A stretch of 63,798 nt of DNA, filler included, from Dirinaria sp. TL-2023a (Eukaryota): the NCBI GenBank assembly GCA_051941275.1. It is 32 parts of 32 records of this genome, joined end to end, with 100 filler letters (N's around TTAATTAATTAA, not from the genome) between each part and the next. Parts side by side here need not be neighbours in the genome. Positions count along the whole stretch, not along the records: positions 48,124 to 50,000 come from JAVEBF010002489.1; positions 50,101 to 51,976 come from JAVEBF010002490.1; positions 52,077 to 53,951 come from JAVEBF010002491.1; positions 54,052 to 55,923 come from JAVEBF010002492.1; positions 56,024 to 57,894 come from JAVEBF010002493.1; positions 57,995 to 59,864 come from JAVEBF010002494.1; positions 59,965 to 61,832 come from JAVEBF010002495.1; 25 more parts are not named here. One strand, 5' to 3'. Positions 49,251-61,932 of the stretch are shown here, in pieces. A program made the position numbers and the translations under genes. The first letter of the stretch is position 1. Every line of letters begins with the position of its first letter. The notes beneath the pieces were generated by a model that searched no databases, was not told the DNA's origin, and was given only the letters and a program-made list of their open reading frames with translations.

Positions 49251-51676
49251 AGAATGGCTAGATTGCACAGGTCCATGCCGGCACGGTCCGCTCGCATCGT
49301 GGAGTCCTGGCCTGTCAAAGCGTCTTTCCTCGGGTTGCCCGTCTGATTCTCCTGCTTGTCTTCCAGCGCTGCTACAGATTGACTAGAATAGCCTGTTGTG
49401 TATGTTCTTCATGAGCGTTACCCTGTTTCACACATCGGTCCTAGAACTCGGAACATGCGAATGTGGAAGACTAGAATCTGCTACCATAAGTACCGAAGGT
49501 ATGGAGCCTTGGCCTTTGTGAAATGCACACACACGTGTGAGGCTTGATGTATTCTTACCAGCGCCGGCTACCAAACCCCCAATAGCCCTGCTGGAACATG
49601 AGATGATGTTACCTTATCTAACTCAATTTCCTTAAAACGAAACACTACACAGTATCCGCGGTCCATAGTCAAAGACTGGATAGGAAAACAGCTACTTCAA
49701 TCACGCTGAAGAAATTACTTCTGAGCTCTCTATAGCATTCTAGGAACGCATTGATGAGGCTGATCCTCATCCGGTGTCCTGATCACACATCCTTCGAGCA
49801 AACGATTTGCAATCTAGATGGGTTTTAGAGCCTGCAGCCACAGCATTTACTTTCGGATACTTGCGCATAAGTGGTGGTAAGAGAGGGATATTGGCAATGC
49901 AGGGCACAATGACTTTCAATGGCTAGGATCCGTTCACGATGTACTATTAAAGTAACGGATCTGCATCGAGAGTCGTTGAGTCGCCGGCAGCTTACTTTTG
50001 NNNNNNNNNNNNNNNNNNNNNNNNNNNNNNNNNNNNNNNNNNNNTTAATTAATTAANNNNNNNNNNNNNNNNNNNNNNNNNNNNNNNNNNNNNNNNNNNN
50101 CTCGACCATCATCTACTTAATAGTACAGGTGTAAGATGACTAACGAACTTGAAATAATGGGAGTAAGTGAATGGAGCACATCCCCTTCGTATCTCCACCA
50201 ACATCGTAATGCGCCTCGCTCAATATTTGCCTTAGAGTTCATTCAAGACTATTTATATCAAGTATATCATGATCATACTAAGCGATTACGACTTATCTTT
50301 ATGAAGGTCACAATGTGCACTTCGATCTGTTGGAATTTCGCTTATACCTAGCGCCTTGGCATGGTTATGTGTACTTTAAGTATCAAAGGGGCCAAGTCCT
50401 CCCAGCATTTCTATCCTCAGTGTCATCAAAAATGTCAATTTCCATCACGATCGTGCTCGCGCACCGAAGAAAAAAAATCCGGAATAGTCTCGGACAAACA
50501 TAATTCTAACCCTAATATTCTTGAGGTTTGAGGTAGGTAAGATGAAGGCTTTCCTCCCATACTGCTGTTGCATAAATCAATAAGGTAGCCATTCTGCGAG
50601 TTCTGCAAATGATGAAGCAATACATGCACTTTCAATGGTGGATTGCTTCATGAATACCGAACGAACGACCAACCACGTAAAAGTAAGAAAGAGGGGGTAG
50701 GAACTTACTTAGTAGCGAGTCTCCAAAAGAGAGACCGAATTGGGGATCATGCAGCAGTTTGGCCCCAAAGGGGCCCATGTCGTGGGAGGACAGAGCGACT
50801 CCAAAGCGGCACTCACCCGAGTGGGGTTGATGGACTGGTGGAGACACGACAGATTCCTGTCTTCTGGGCAGTTCCTGTCTCAGCATCTTTCCATTGTTTC
50901 ACATCTGACGTCAACAATTACAATCTATGGCCCAATACAATCATTGAGTACGGCTACTGCTTTCTGGATCCAGAATGACTTTCTATGCATCGGAAAAGCC
51001 GGTATACACAAATACCAAGTGCGATAGATCAAATGACAGCCTCCGCTGCTAGTGTTGCAGAAGGAAGCTTTGCCGAGGCCATGGAACGAAAGACATGAGC
51101 GCCGGAGCGACCTATCAAGCATCAACACGATGTCTCCTGATCCTTCCTAACATTGCGGATAAGACAGAGTGTGGACTTTGTGCGCCGATACTGCAGTGCA
51201 GAGACGTGCCGACGATACGTGCGCGGTGAGGCTCGAAGTCTGGAAGAGAAGTGTCCGAGGCCTTAACAGCGCAGCATATCTTGGATAACTCGAGGTGGCG
51301 GTGGGACTGTATTAGCTGGCATGCTGAATGAGGAACAAGCTGTCGGTTGAAGTTCCTGAATGTTTGGAAGCGACGTTGAGGCTTGGGGGGCTGGTGGACG
51401 CTATATCGCATATGTGAGTATGTACGAGTACTGAGGCAAGCTTTTCGAGTGCCCAACATACCGTCCTGCTCCGCATCGCTATCAAAGGCAGCCGCACGTA
51501 TCCAGTATCGCCTTCCCTCATGTCAACGCCGTGTATGCGGGATGGTCCAATCCAACGCGCATGCAGAGCAGTGGTATCGCCATGGGCGTCTATTCGTCTT
51601 AGTTAGCGGAAACGCCTCGATCCGGCCTAGCGTTCCCTGACGGCTTTGCACAACTTCTGTGGAAGCAGCACATGCG

Positions 51677-51976
51677 TTAATCGTCATCTGCAATTCTCAC
51701 ACGATGACTGAACTGAGATTGATCTTTACTTTTGACAGCGACGACGAGTCTCATGCTGCAAACGAGCTGTAGACGCTGTTTCTCGTACTTTAGCATTTTT
51801 CTGCTTTGTCGACTTCGACATGACAGATTTAGCATCAAGAACTTCCAATCGATCTGTATACATGATGAGTTATTAGTGTTATCTATTGATTGAAATTTCT
51901 GTAAAAAAAATTTACTCTGCTTCATGCTAGTTTGCTTTCTTTGATTAATTTTCACTTCGAGCATTATGTCGATAAT
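51677..51976. repeat. Hypermutated (CC/GG-depleted) repeat relic at the contig end
   Basis: Abrupt compositional switch to AT-rich sequence with almost no CC/GG, as in the other relic contigs. Confidence 0.45.
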
Positions 51977-53279
51977 NNNNNNNNNNNNNNNNNNNNNNNN
52001 NNNNNNNNNNNNNNNNNNNNTTAATTAATTAANNNNNNNNNNNNNNNNNNNNNNNNNNNNNNNNNNNNNNNNNNNNGAGTTGAACTTCGCGGCATTTTAT
52101 TTGTTCGTTGAGAGTTAAGAGGAGTTCGTCTGGGAGACTGGCGCCCATCTTTCGGTGCGTTGACGCTATCTATTCAAGTATAGTATGTATCTTTGGTTGG
52201 GGTATAAGGTAGACTAAGGTACTATCGGATAAGGTAAGGTACCTTAAAAGTAGGTAGCCTATTTAGCTAGCGCTATGTCGCGCTAAGGCGCGTATTTAGC
52301 GTATGCATAGTCTAATCGGCGAGTTGATACTCGAGCCGAAAGTCTTCACCCGGCTCGTATTTCGAGTTGAGTTTCAAGTATCGACACGAAGTACCAATTT
52401 TGTTTGAATTTCGAGTCGAGTCGATACTTTAAAAAAATCGAGTATCGAATCGTACTCAATATCGAATCGACTTTAACGTTAGACGGAGATATGGTTGGTA
52501 TTTGATGCGGTTAGCGTGTAACACATCAAGAATGAGTTGTCTAGGGCGGCTGCAATTGTGCACCACAGATAACAAATTATACGATACGATTGATCGTCGG
52601 GTCGGGAGAAGAGAGAACACAATATGTGGGTCGAGCGCATCAGTTAGGCTCGTCATCGACAACCTAACCTTACTGCATGCTTCCTTGCATGCAAAGCATG
52701 ACTATATGCAGGACTGCTTGATCCTTTGTCGAGATCAGGATCCAATATCAGCACAGGAAAAGCATGTCGGACTTGACAAGCCGTAAGTCCGCGTTCTCCC
52801 TTTTGAAATTGCACTAGCGCTGGCTGCCTTTATCGCCTTCCTGCACGCTCATTCTGACCATCGTTGGCGCGTATTCAATGTTGAAGTATGATTCGGGTAT
52901 TGACGCGCATTATGCATTCGTGACTCTGCATCGTAAGACGGGATTCTCGCCGCACAGCAATCATTCTGTACCCCTGCTTTTGGATGTGGTTGGCTTGCCA
53001 TCCCATTATCTTACATGCATGGGTGGGAAGAAGTGTCGGCTTCAATTTTTACAACGGTTCAGCACTCTGGTAATGATAAGCGCTGATTTCGACCCAAGAC
53101 ACTTTATTTTGAAAGCGGTAAATGCTCTGTGAAAGTGGGTGGCTGCCTCCGACTCACGTGAGCGCCAAGTATCCGCATGTCCAAAATGCGTCGCTACCTT
53201 ATCATTCAACCTGATTTTGCCGCTGTCTTCCCCCGATAAAACCACATCCCAATATTTGCTATTGGCTTTGATCGTGAAG

Positions 53280-53951
53280 ATGTCTGAAGAAGTTATACTT
53301 GTCGTTGGTGGTTGTGGATTCGCAGGTTTCCATGTTGTAAAGCTCTGCTAGAAGATCCAACCTGGTCCGTTCATGTTTTGAGTCGCAACCCATCAAAAAA
53401 TCAAGTCGAGGGTGCTCATTATCATACTGGGAGTGTTCTTGCACCCGAGCAACTATCTCAAATTTTTGCTAAAATTCGACCCACGGTTATCGTCCATGCT
53501 GCTTCACCCCTTTCCACTGGCAATTACGGAGGTGGCGAGCGTCACTTCCAAGAAACTAATGTAAAAGGTACACGCAATCTTCTTGAAATTGGTATTGCAA
53601 GCGACCACGTAAAAGCATTCACATAGACCTCGTCCGCAGATGTGGTAGATGCACCATTCTACTATTCAGCAACCGAAGACGCTCCAATCTGCACCATCAC
53701 CTCTCGAGCCGACCAATATTCGAAATCGAAAGCCATAGCGGATCAGATGGTGCTAGATGCGAATGGTAGAGGAGGCGTCCGTACTCTTTCTCTTCGGCCG
53801 GCAGGGATATATGGTGAACGTGACAGCCAGGCGATTCCGGGTTATCTACAAGTGCTTCGGGAGGATCGCCATCGGTATCAGATCGGCGATAACACAAGCT
53901 TGTTCGACTATGTCTCGGTAAAGAACTTTGCGATGTCTCATGTTCTAGCGG
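53280..53951 (+). pseudogene. 3-beta-hydroxysteroid dehydrogenase/NAD-dependent epimerase (Erg26-like family) pseudogene
   Basis: LVVGGCGFAG, VHAASP, NVKGT, TSS, YSKSK, LRPAGIYGE, IGDN; 1-bp frameshift near 53340 and in-frame TAG at 53624. Confidence 0.8.
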
Positions 53952-55156
53952 NNNNNNNNNNNNNNNNNNNNNNNNNNNNNNNNNNNNNNNNNNNNTTAAT
54001 TAATTAANNNNNNNNNNNNNNNNNNNNNNNNNNNNNNNNNNNNNNNNNNNNGGAGACCGGGCGGATCGGAGGATCATTGTAGGAGGCGTCGGGATGTAGA
54101 AGGGATCAGGATCTGGCCGTGGAAGCCGGCATCGAGCTCATCCGTACTGCCAAGTGGACGTCATGCAGCCAATGGAGGAAGCGAAGCGACGATACCGAAT
54201 AATGGGTGCCAGGAGAACTTACTGTGCCGAAAGTACAAGATTGGCTGAAATGTTTCACGGTCGCCATTTCTGAGCTCGCACCCAGAAAAACCGGCTGTTC
54301 TGGCCGCCAAGAAGGATGTGCCGTTGCCAAGCATTTTGAAAAATTGCCCGGTCTCCTTATCTGCCCTCGGCTCGACGGCTCGAGCTCGCCGAGGTGCCGT
54401 GGGTCCCACATGGATTTGGTGTCATCGCCGTTATCTATTATGCCACATATCACCATCATTTCAATTATAGAGGTTAATGGAGAAGACGATAAAGTAGAGA
54501 TCAGTATTAGGTCAGTGACAAGAGATCCAGGCAGATGACAGTGCTGGCGGACAGTGAAAACGAACACGCAAAGGACGCAATAATGATGGGATTTTTGGTT
54601 GGAGGTCGAAGTTCTAGGCCATATGGTTTCAAATTGCTGTTCTATTCCCTCTAAGTACATATAATGCTAGACGATGGATTGAAAGAAAGACGAGCGAAGG
54701 TAAAACAAACTTCTCCTGTCTTTCGTGCTATACACATCTATATTGTTACTCAAAAACACTGAGATAGGAAAGCTACGAGTAAAGTAATTATAGGAACTCT
54801 TGCCATTGTATATGAGATTTTTTCCCCAGCATGCTTCAATCTAAACTATCATGGGGACGGACGAGATTTCTCCCTAGAGCATGGAGGAGCCGTAGAGTAA
54901 AGCTTCTGGCTCGAATCGTCCACTTCAGTTGGATCGGAGAATGACCTTTCCATTAGTCCAATCAGAACCAGTCTCTTCAGAGTCGCTCTCATCGGAGCCA
55001 ATACTGTCAGAACCGTATGTGTCATGGAGACTTCAGTCCAAATCCAGGAAAACAGGACCAGGCTTATGAGTCACTGCCATCAGCTTCATCTCCAGTAGCA
55101 TCACTCGTGTAACACCTATCCCCATCAGAACCACTCCCATCAGAACCATCATCGGC

Positions 55157-55923
55157 TCAAGCTAAGCTATCGACCACCTCATCCGTGATTTTGATCATGT
55201 CATCTTGCCGTCGGTCCAACAAAAGCTTGCTTATCTTTTTACCATTGGGCCAGTCCGTTGATACTGCCTTTAGCATTTTGTCCGTCATCCTGACCTCTTC
55301 ACCTCTTCGCCGATCAAATATCAACGCCATTATCTCTTTACCACTGGAGGAATTTTCTGCTACGGCCTCGAGCACCTCCTGTGTGATCTGAATCTTATTG
55401 TTTAGTTGATCAAAGATCAACGTCATCACCTCTTCACCACTGTAGCCACTTTTCGCTGCTGCTAAGAGCACCTTCTCTGTGATTTGAATCTCATCGCCTC
55501 TTCGATCAAGCAATAATTCGATGATTTGTCGACCTCGATACTTATTTTGTGCTGCAGTCAGAAGCATGTTCTCTGTTATTTGAATCTCACTGTCTCTTCG
55601 ATTAAACAATAGTTCGATGATCTTTTGACCCTCATATTCATTTTGTGCTGCGGTCAGAAGCACGTTCTCTGTGATTTGAATCTCACTGTCTCTTCGATCA
55701 AGCAATAATTCGATGATCTTTTAACTCTGATATTCATTTTGTGCCGCGGCTATGAGCACGTTCTCTGTGATTTGAATTTCATCGTCTCTTCGATCAAACA
55801 AAAATTCGATGATCTTTTGACCCTGATATCTGTTTTGTGCTGCAGCCAGAAGCACCTTCTCTGTGATTTGAATCTCATTGCCTCTTCGATCAAACAATAA
55901 TTCGATGATCCCTTGACCTTGAG
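55157..55923 (-). pseudogene. C-terminal array of 32-aa ankyrin-like helical repeats typical of fungal NACHT/NLR-like proteins; interrupted by a stop
   Basis: 96-bp period (55475, 55571, 55667, 55763, 55859), consensus EIQITENVLLAAAQNxYxGQKIIELLFDRRGD; in-frame TAA at ~55721 where other units have CAA. Confidence 0.75.
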
Positions 55924-56023
55924 NNNNNNNNNNNNNNNNNNNNNNNNNNNNNNNNNNNNNNNNNNNNTTAATTAATTAANNNNNNNNNNNNNNNNNNNNN
56001 NNNNNNNNNNNNNNNNNNNNNNN

Positions 56024-56395
56024 CTCCACCCCCTGCCTAACCTTACTGCCATCCCATTGCAGGCACCACCTCCACGCGCCCTCCAATTCCTGGTTCCAGG
56101 CATCCTTCCACCTCTCCACGGCCCCCACTTCCTGCACCCTGTACCCCTCGCCTTTTCCTCCGCCACCTCGGAACCTCCCGTAAGGATCATCTGGAGCGTA
56201 TCGACCGTGCGAAGTCTCGGGGTCGTAGTCGGGCGAATGGGGTGGTGGGGAATCGAGGAGAGAATTCAGGAGCAGCGATTGCTGGCGCAGCAGAGAGGCT
56301 TGGTGGAAGCGGTTGCGTTGGTGTTGCAAGAGGGAGAGGTAGAGGACGGAGGAGGTCAAGGTTAGGCCTGAAAGGAAAGCACTGGGGAATCCCAT
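56024..56395 (-). CDS. MIC12: MICOS complex subunit Mic12 (Aim5), 3'-truncated
   Basis: MGFPSAFLSGLTLTSSVLYLSLLQHQRNR.HQASLLRQQ and ERWKDAWNQELEGAWRW resemble fungal Mic12. Confidence 0.8.
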
Positions 56396-57154
56396 GTTCT
56401 TGGAAAGGGGGTGTGGGTTCAGGATGGATAGAGAGAAGGGGGGGGGGTTGTTGTGGTTGTCAAATTGGCGAGGACTGGAGATTGCGTCCTGGAGTTCAAT
56501 GCGAGTGCGCGTAAATGGAGGGTTTTCTGATATTAGGTTGCCATTTTACGGCCTGGAGAGCGATTGGAGTAGGAGAAAGAGAAATGAACAAGTTGCAAGG
56601 CCAAGGTTAGAGGACAATAATGCGGTATTATTGATGTGATTTTGAGGTTTGTCAAAACATTATAGGAGCTCGGGCAGAACATCCGTCGTCGGAGGCTAAT
56701 CCAATTGGAGTTTAGCCCAGCCCTCCACCTCTTCAGGACCTTGTCCAGGACCCTGATCTGCCCGATGGTCCCGATAATAATGCCGACGGCCGGCGAGAAG
56801 GATCGGAGGAGAAACGAATAATATGAGGTCAACGACGAATTTCTTTTTTCTTTTACTCCCGCACCTTTTTCAACGCACAAAAGCTACAAAATATCCCTAC
56901 CAAGGACATACGGTGCCTAGCCAGTGGCCAAGAATCACAGACGATATTACGTATCCACCTAAACAGTTCTATCTGACCTCAGCTACTCCTCGCTGCCGCA
57001 TGCACCACAACTAAGCGGGAACCACATCAACCTCTCTCCCCACCAGCCACGGCCAAAAGGCTGCTTTGCCTCCTTTAAAAAAAATCAAGGAAAGCGAAGA
57101 GAAAAAAAATCCGAAAGAAAAAAGGGCATCTCAGCAATCCCCCCCACCCCAAAA

Positions 57155-57838
57155 ATGCGCGTCTTCTCCTCAACCCACACCTACTCCTACAGCTGGCGCG
57201 AAGTCTCAACAGCCAACTGGCGCAAATACTCCCCCTGGAACCCGTGTTCCTCGCACGTAGTCGGGGTCGACACACTATCCCGCAGCGTGGACCCGTCCAC
57301 AGGTATCCTTCGCACGGAACGCCTGATCACATGCCGGCAACCGTGTCCGGCGTGGCTCAACACGATCCTGGGAAACGCGCCCAACCAGCCGCCCACGAGC
57401 TACGTGTACGAAACCTCGTACGTCGATCCCGCGGCCCAGAGAGTGACCATGTGCAGCGAGAACCTGACGTGGAGCTCGATATTGAATGTGCGGGAGACGG
57501 TCGTTTATGTTCCTGAGCGGAGCGGGGAGCAGCGGAGCGAGGAGCGAAGCGAGGATAGTGGAAAGGGGGAGATAAAGGGGAAGGAAGGCGAGAAAACCCG
57601 CTTTTCGCAGGAAGCCCGCATCACGGCTGTGTGTGGCGGGTGGAAAAAGATACGGGAGAAAATTGAGGAGGCGAGTCTGGAGCGGTTCGGAGATAATGCG
57701 CGGAAAGGACGGGAAGGGTTCGAGGCCGTGCTGGAGATGAGCCGCAGGGTTTGGGAGCGGGAGAGGAGGGAACGCGAGTGGGAGCGCGAGCCGGAGCGCG
57801 ACAGGGGTGAGGGGAGCAGGGAGAGGTTGGTTTCTTGA
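57155..57838 (+). CDS. UPS2: PRELI/MSF1-family mitochondrial lipid-transfer protein, Ups2-like
   Basis: YSWREVSTANWRKYSPWN...HVVGVDTLSRSVD..TGILRTERLITCRQ...SYVYETSYVDP...NLTW...ERFGDNARKGREGFEAVL. Confidence 0.88.
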   Translation: MRVFSSTHTYSYSWREVSTANWRKYSPWNPCSSHVVGVDTLSRSVDPSTGILRTERLITCRQPCPAWLNTILGNAPNQPPTSYVYETSYVDPAAQRVTMCSENLTWSSILNVRETVVYVPERSGEQRSEERSEDSGKGEIKGKEGEKTRFSQEARITAVCGGWKKIREKIEEASLERFGDNARKGREGFEAVLEMSRRVWERERREREWEREPERDRGEGSRERLVS

Positions 57839-57994
57839 GTCTTTTTTTTCTGTTTTTTTTTTTTTTTTCATATTTTTTTATTATGAGGGCTAGANNNNNN
57901 NNNNNNNNNNNNNNNNNNNNNNNNNNNNNNNNNNNNNNTTAATTAATTAANNNNNNNNNNNNNNNNNNNNNNNNNNNNNNNNNNNNNNNNNNNN

Positions 57995-58945
57995 TGGCAG
58001 GATTTGATGGGATCGGTCTATAGGGGATCATTTGAAGTAAAAGCGTTGAAGCTTGATGCGCCCCAGACTGTGGAATCTTCCCTACTGCTGGCAGCGGCTG
58101 CACTGCAGATGTTTGAATATCGCCCTCTTTTTGCGTTTGTTTGCGTGCAGTTCCAGGCCCATCCTGATCGTTCCGCATTGGCGATAGTCGAGGCTCGGAT
58201 TGGCTAGATGCCCTTGTAGTAGCTTTGATCTCATTATCGGAGTCGGAACTGCTCGATTCATGTGACGAAGGTGCCGGGGATGGAATTCGTGGCCCATTGT
58301 ACGCGTTCTGGTTGGGAAAATAGGACTGGCGATCCTCGGCTTCGGTATATTGTTCTGCACGCCGCAATTCCGCGGCACTCTTGTAATTCTCGACAATAAG
58401 AGCCTTGAGGAGGTCGATCTCTTGACGCAGATTAAAGATCTGCTCTGAGTCCTCTTTCGACCTGTAAATGTAAGCGTTTGCAATTCCCGTACTCACCAAG
58501 GACGAAAAACATACCTTGACTGGATGCTTCCCAACTTGGATACTGTCACTGATTGGATCATCGTTTGTAGCATCGACTGTTCCGAATCGAGCCTCGCTTC
58601 CAGCTCTTTAGCTTTGGCCTTCTTGAAGAGCCATCGGACCGGAATGAACGGCTTAAGTCTCCTGGACCTGATCGTTGCGTTGATTTCTTTGAATGTTCGT
58701 TTACAAGAATGCTTGAGTTTTTGGATGTCTCGCAGTAAGTCTTTCGAGCAATTTCCCTTCTCAGCTTCCAGCACTCGTCCAAGATGTCTCAAGACCACGG
58801 TGAATTGAGAGACATGTTTTGCCATGCTTGCGATCTGCTGATGAGCATGAATCATGACGTCGCCAGTCTCGTACAGGCTCTTTGCGACTTTGGTCCCAAA
58901 GGCAGCGACGCCAAAGATGCTAGCAACAATGCCAATTTCAGCCAT
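57995..58945 (-). CDS. Protein with a fungal HeLo-like/STAND N-terminal helical domain; intron 58462-58514; 3'-truncated
   Basis: MAEIGIVASIFGVAAFGTKVAKSLYE...VRWLFKK...L..RLD pattern, followed by a low-complexity linker. Confidence 0.75.
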
Positions 58946-60149
58946 CTTTCAAAGTTGGCTATGATTCGACACAGTATGGTCGGAGAAGCCTTATTGCCCG
59001 CTATCGTGGTGCTACCACTACGCTAGGTGAGGGAACGCGCAATTGTCTATCGCAGGAGAACACAGTCTAGAGTTATTTTTTTTGGCCATGAAGAATGCGA
59101 AAAATGCACTAGTATAGGTATATACTGCGCTCCCAGTACAAAGAAGTCGACAGGGTGAAGGAAGGCTATACACCTCTGATGGATGACGATTTCATGCAGG
59201 TTCGACAGGGGCCAGCTATGAGCGCGACTGAGGATGTCTCGTCGAGGCCTTCTGGAAGACTCGCATCATCACAACACTGTCGCTGAGCAGACGATCTGGA
59301 GGTGCCAAAACAGAAGTCAACGTTGGTCAAAATTCATCTTGTATATACGAGTACGAGTAAAGGCGCTCGAGGCGTCTCCGGTTGCTCTGCATAGCGGCTT
59401 GGCGGCCTGACGTCTTGGCGTCTTGGCTGCGCTCTTGGCAATCGTCGTCTTCAGGGCTTCAGCCGCTTATTATTGCTACACCTCAATAGTATCTGACGAG
59501 CTTCTGTACATTACTTTGATCAGCAAATGCTCCAAGCTTTTTAGCTGTCCGATCAGGGTGACCTCGCATCTCCCCTCTTTTTATCACCCGAAAAGTGCTA
59601 TGGGATCAGTGTTGTCGAAGTTGATGTAATGATTTGCAATCGAGTGATGTGAAATTTGTATTTAGTATCTTCGTGACACTTGACTCGGGTACTTCATCAC
59701 GAAATTCACTGGCCTGGCTTTTGCCCCTCAATTGAATTCATTTCCCGTTTTTGACTGTCATGGTCGCTGCTCATCTTCGAATTCATGAACTCACATTCGC
59801 CATTCCATTCTCTTAATCCGCCTACAGCTTCGCATGAATAGCTAACTAACATCAAGCTATTGATNNNNNNNNNNNNNNNNNNNNNNNNNNNNNNNNNNNN
59901 NNNNNNNNTTAATTAATTAANNNNNNNNNNNNNNNNNNNNNNNNNNNNNNNNNNNNNNNNNNNNTTGGCGGTGGCGTCGACGCCTTCTGTGGGGTTTGTT
60001 AGTTGCTGTTTTTTTTTTTTTTTCTTTTTTTTTTTTTGGGGGGGATGGACGATGGGGTTGAGAGGAGAGGAGAGAGAAAATGGTGGTTGGTTGGTTCGTT
60101 ATTTACATGCAGTCTGAGAGAGGGAATTGGGCTTGAAGGGAATGAATGA

Positions 60150-61252
60150 TCATTCCTCATCCTCATCGTTGTCATCGTTACTACTACCTACATCCATAAC
60201 ACGCTCGCCCGCGCGTTCCAGAGTCCGCCGACTCCAGGCTCGCACGCCTTTGTACACACCCTATGCATGGTCAGCTTTCCTCCTTTTTTTACGGAAAGGA
60301 AGAAGGGAGGGAACGATACCCATAGAAAAGTAGCGACTCCGAGAACGACCACGACCCAGCTCAAATTCGCCAGTCGATCCCGTCCCGTATTCGCACGTCC
60401 GCCGCCGCTCATTATACCCGAGCTGCGCAGATTCCACCACTGCCAGGGCGAAAGCGCGAACACGAACTTCACGAAGCCGAGCAACCCCAGCGAAGCGAGC
60501 CCCTTGAGGAAATGCTCCGCCCACGAGGGGACATCGTCATCCGTCAGCACGGGCTCGATTTTCGAATTGATCTTCGACAGCGGATCGGTGGAAAGGGCGG
60601 AATACGGGTCGAAGTAGAGGTTGATGATGGGATCGGCCACGAATCCGAGCAGGAACATTGCGAATACGAAAATCGCGATCGTCAGCGCGACCTGCGCCAC
60701 CGTGCTGCTGATCCAGCGACCCCAATTCATCCTCTCCAGCCGGTACCGAAAACCGCACGTCGGGCACTGCCAGTAGTTCCGTCTCGAGTTCGGGTCTGCG
60801 TGCCGCCACTGCTGCAGACAGCCTTCGTGCACGTATTTCGAGGAGCCTTTGCATTTGCACGGCCGCAGCAGGCGGCCGGATTCCGGGTCTTCGGAGATAT
60901 AGCTGACGGAGGGCTGCCCCTGGAGACTTGAGGGTAGATGCTCGGAGGGGGGTTGGAAAGTGGGGTGCACCACTTCGAGACAGATCCGGCATGTTCGAGG
61001 CCGCCAATGGCGGTTTTGGTCCGCCCTTTCGCCTGCATTGGGCTGTTCTTGCCCTTGCTTTTGCGCTTGCTCTTCCTGTTTGACCCGTGCTTCTGATGTA
61101 TTAGGCTCGTTACTACGGTTGCTGGGTTGTGCTGGGGTTTCTTCGAAACCACCCGGCATTGGCGGAGCATCTTGATGCCCCGGGACCGGTGCACTGGGAA
61201 TGTTTGAAGGCCACTGCCATTGCGGATACGGGTTGAACCCAGTCGAAGTCAT
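60150..61252 (-). CDS. RING-CH (RINGv) membrane E3 ubiquitin ligase; intron 60261-60319
   Basis: CRICLE...LLRPCKCKGSSKYVHEGCLQQWR...CPTC (C4HC3), followed by three hydrophobic segments; last exon GVYKGVRAWS..VMDV. Confidence 0.92.
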
Positions 61253-61932
61253 GCTTTTTGCTTCCAGGTATTAGGTACAGGAGTCAGCCAGCCTCGAGCA
61301 AAATACAGAAGTCTAGGGACTGCCTCATTTGGGACAGGAACAGCATGTCATAGGGATCGTAAGGTGAGAGATGAGGAAACGTTTCCTTGAATAGCGAAGC
61401 CTGAAGGTCTGAGGCGTCCGTACGGGCGGCCGGGACCGAAAGCCGGCGCTAGTGAACAGCTTCCTCTTGACGCGCATGGGAGGCTGCCTCGAGCTTGCTC
61501 GAAATATACAACTTCTTTCTCCTACTACCTTACGTTCCAAGGCGTTTTCAAGCAACTGAATTGACTGCCGAAGTGTATATCTTGTGCTGAATGTGCTGAC
61601 TCCCTGCACTGCCAAAACCGTCAATCACCCACTATGGCCGACCGTTACAATTATTCACTTACAACCTTCTCGCCCAGGTATGCCATATTCTGAATCTCCA
61701 AAGATGGAGCCAAGGACTAATTGTACCAAGTGGTAAACTAGGACAAATAGGTTCGCACTCCTCCGCCCTAGCCATTACTAAACAACTTATTGAAAAAAAT
61801 CAACCCAGAATATGCCTTAAACGCTGTAAACCNNNNNNNNNNNNNNNNNNNNNNNNNNNNNNNNNNNNNNNNNNNNTTAATTAATTAANNNNNNNNNNNN
61901 NNNNNNNNNNNNNNNNNNNNNNNNNNNNNNNN

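Noticed and set aside
4072..53951. Apparent metabolic cluster (BVMO, ERG28, SDR, 3-beta-HSD) or immune cluster (tandem kinase, repeat array, HeLo-like)
   Set aside because: The genes lie on different contigs ordered only by length; adjacency carries no information.
1937..61932. Regularly spaced TTAATTAATTAA 12-mer suggesting a repeat array or CRISPR
   Set aside because: Always embedded in 44+44 N between size-sorted segments; an artificial linker, not biology.
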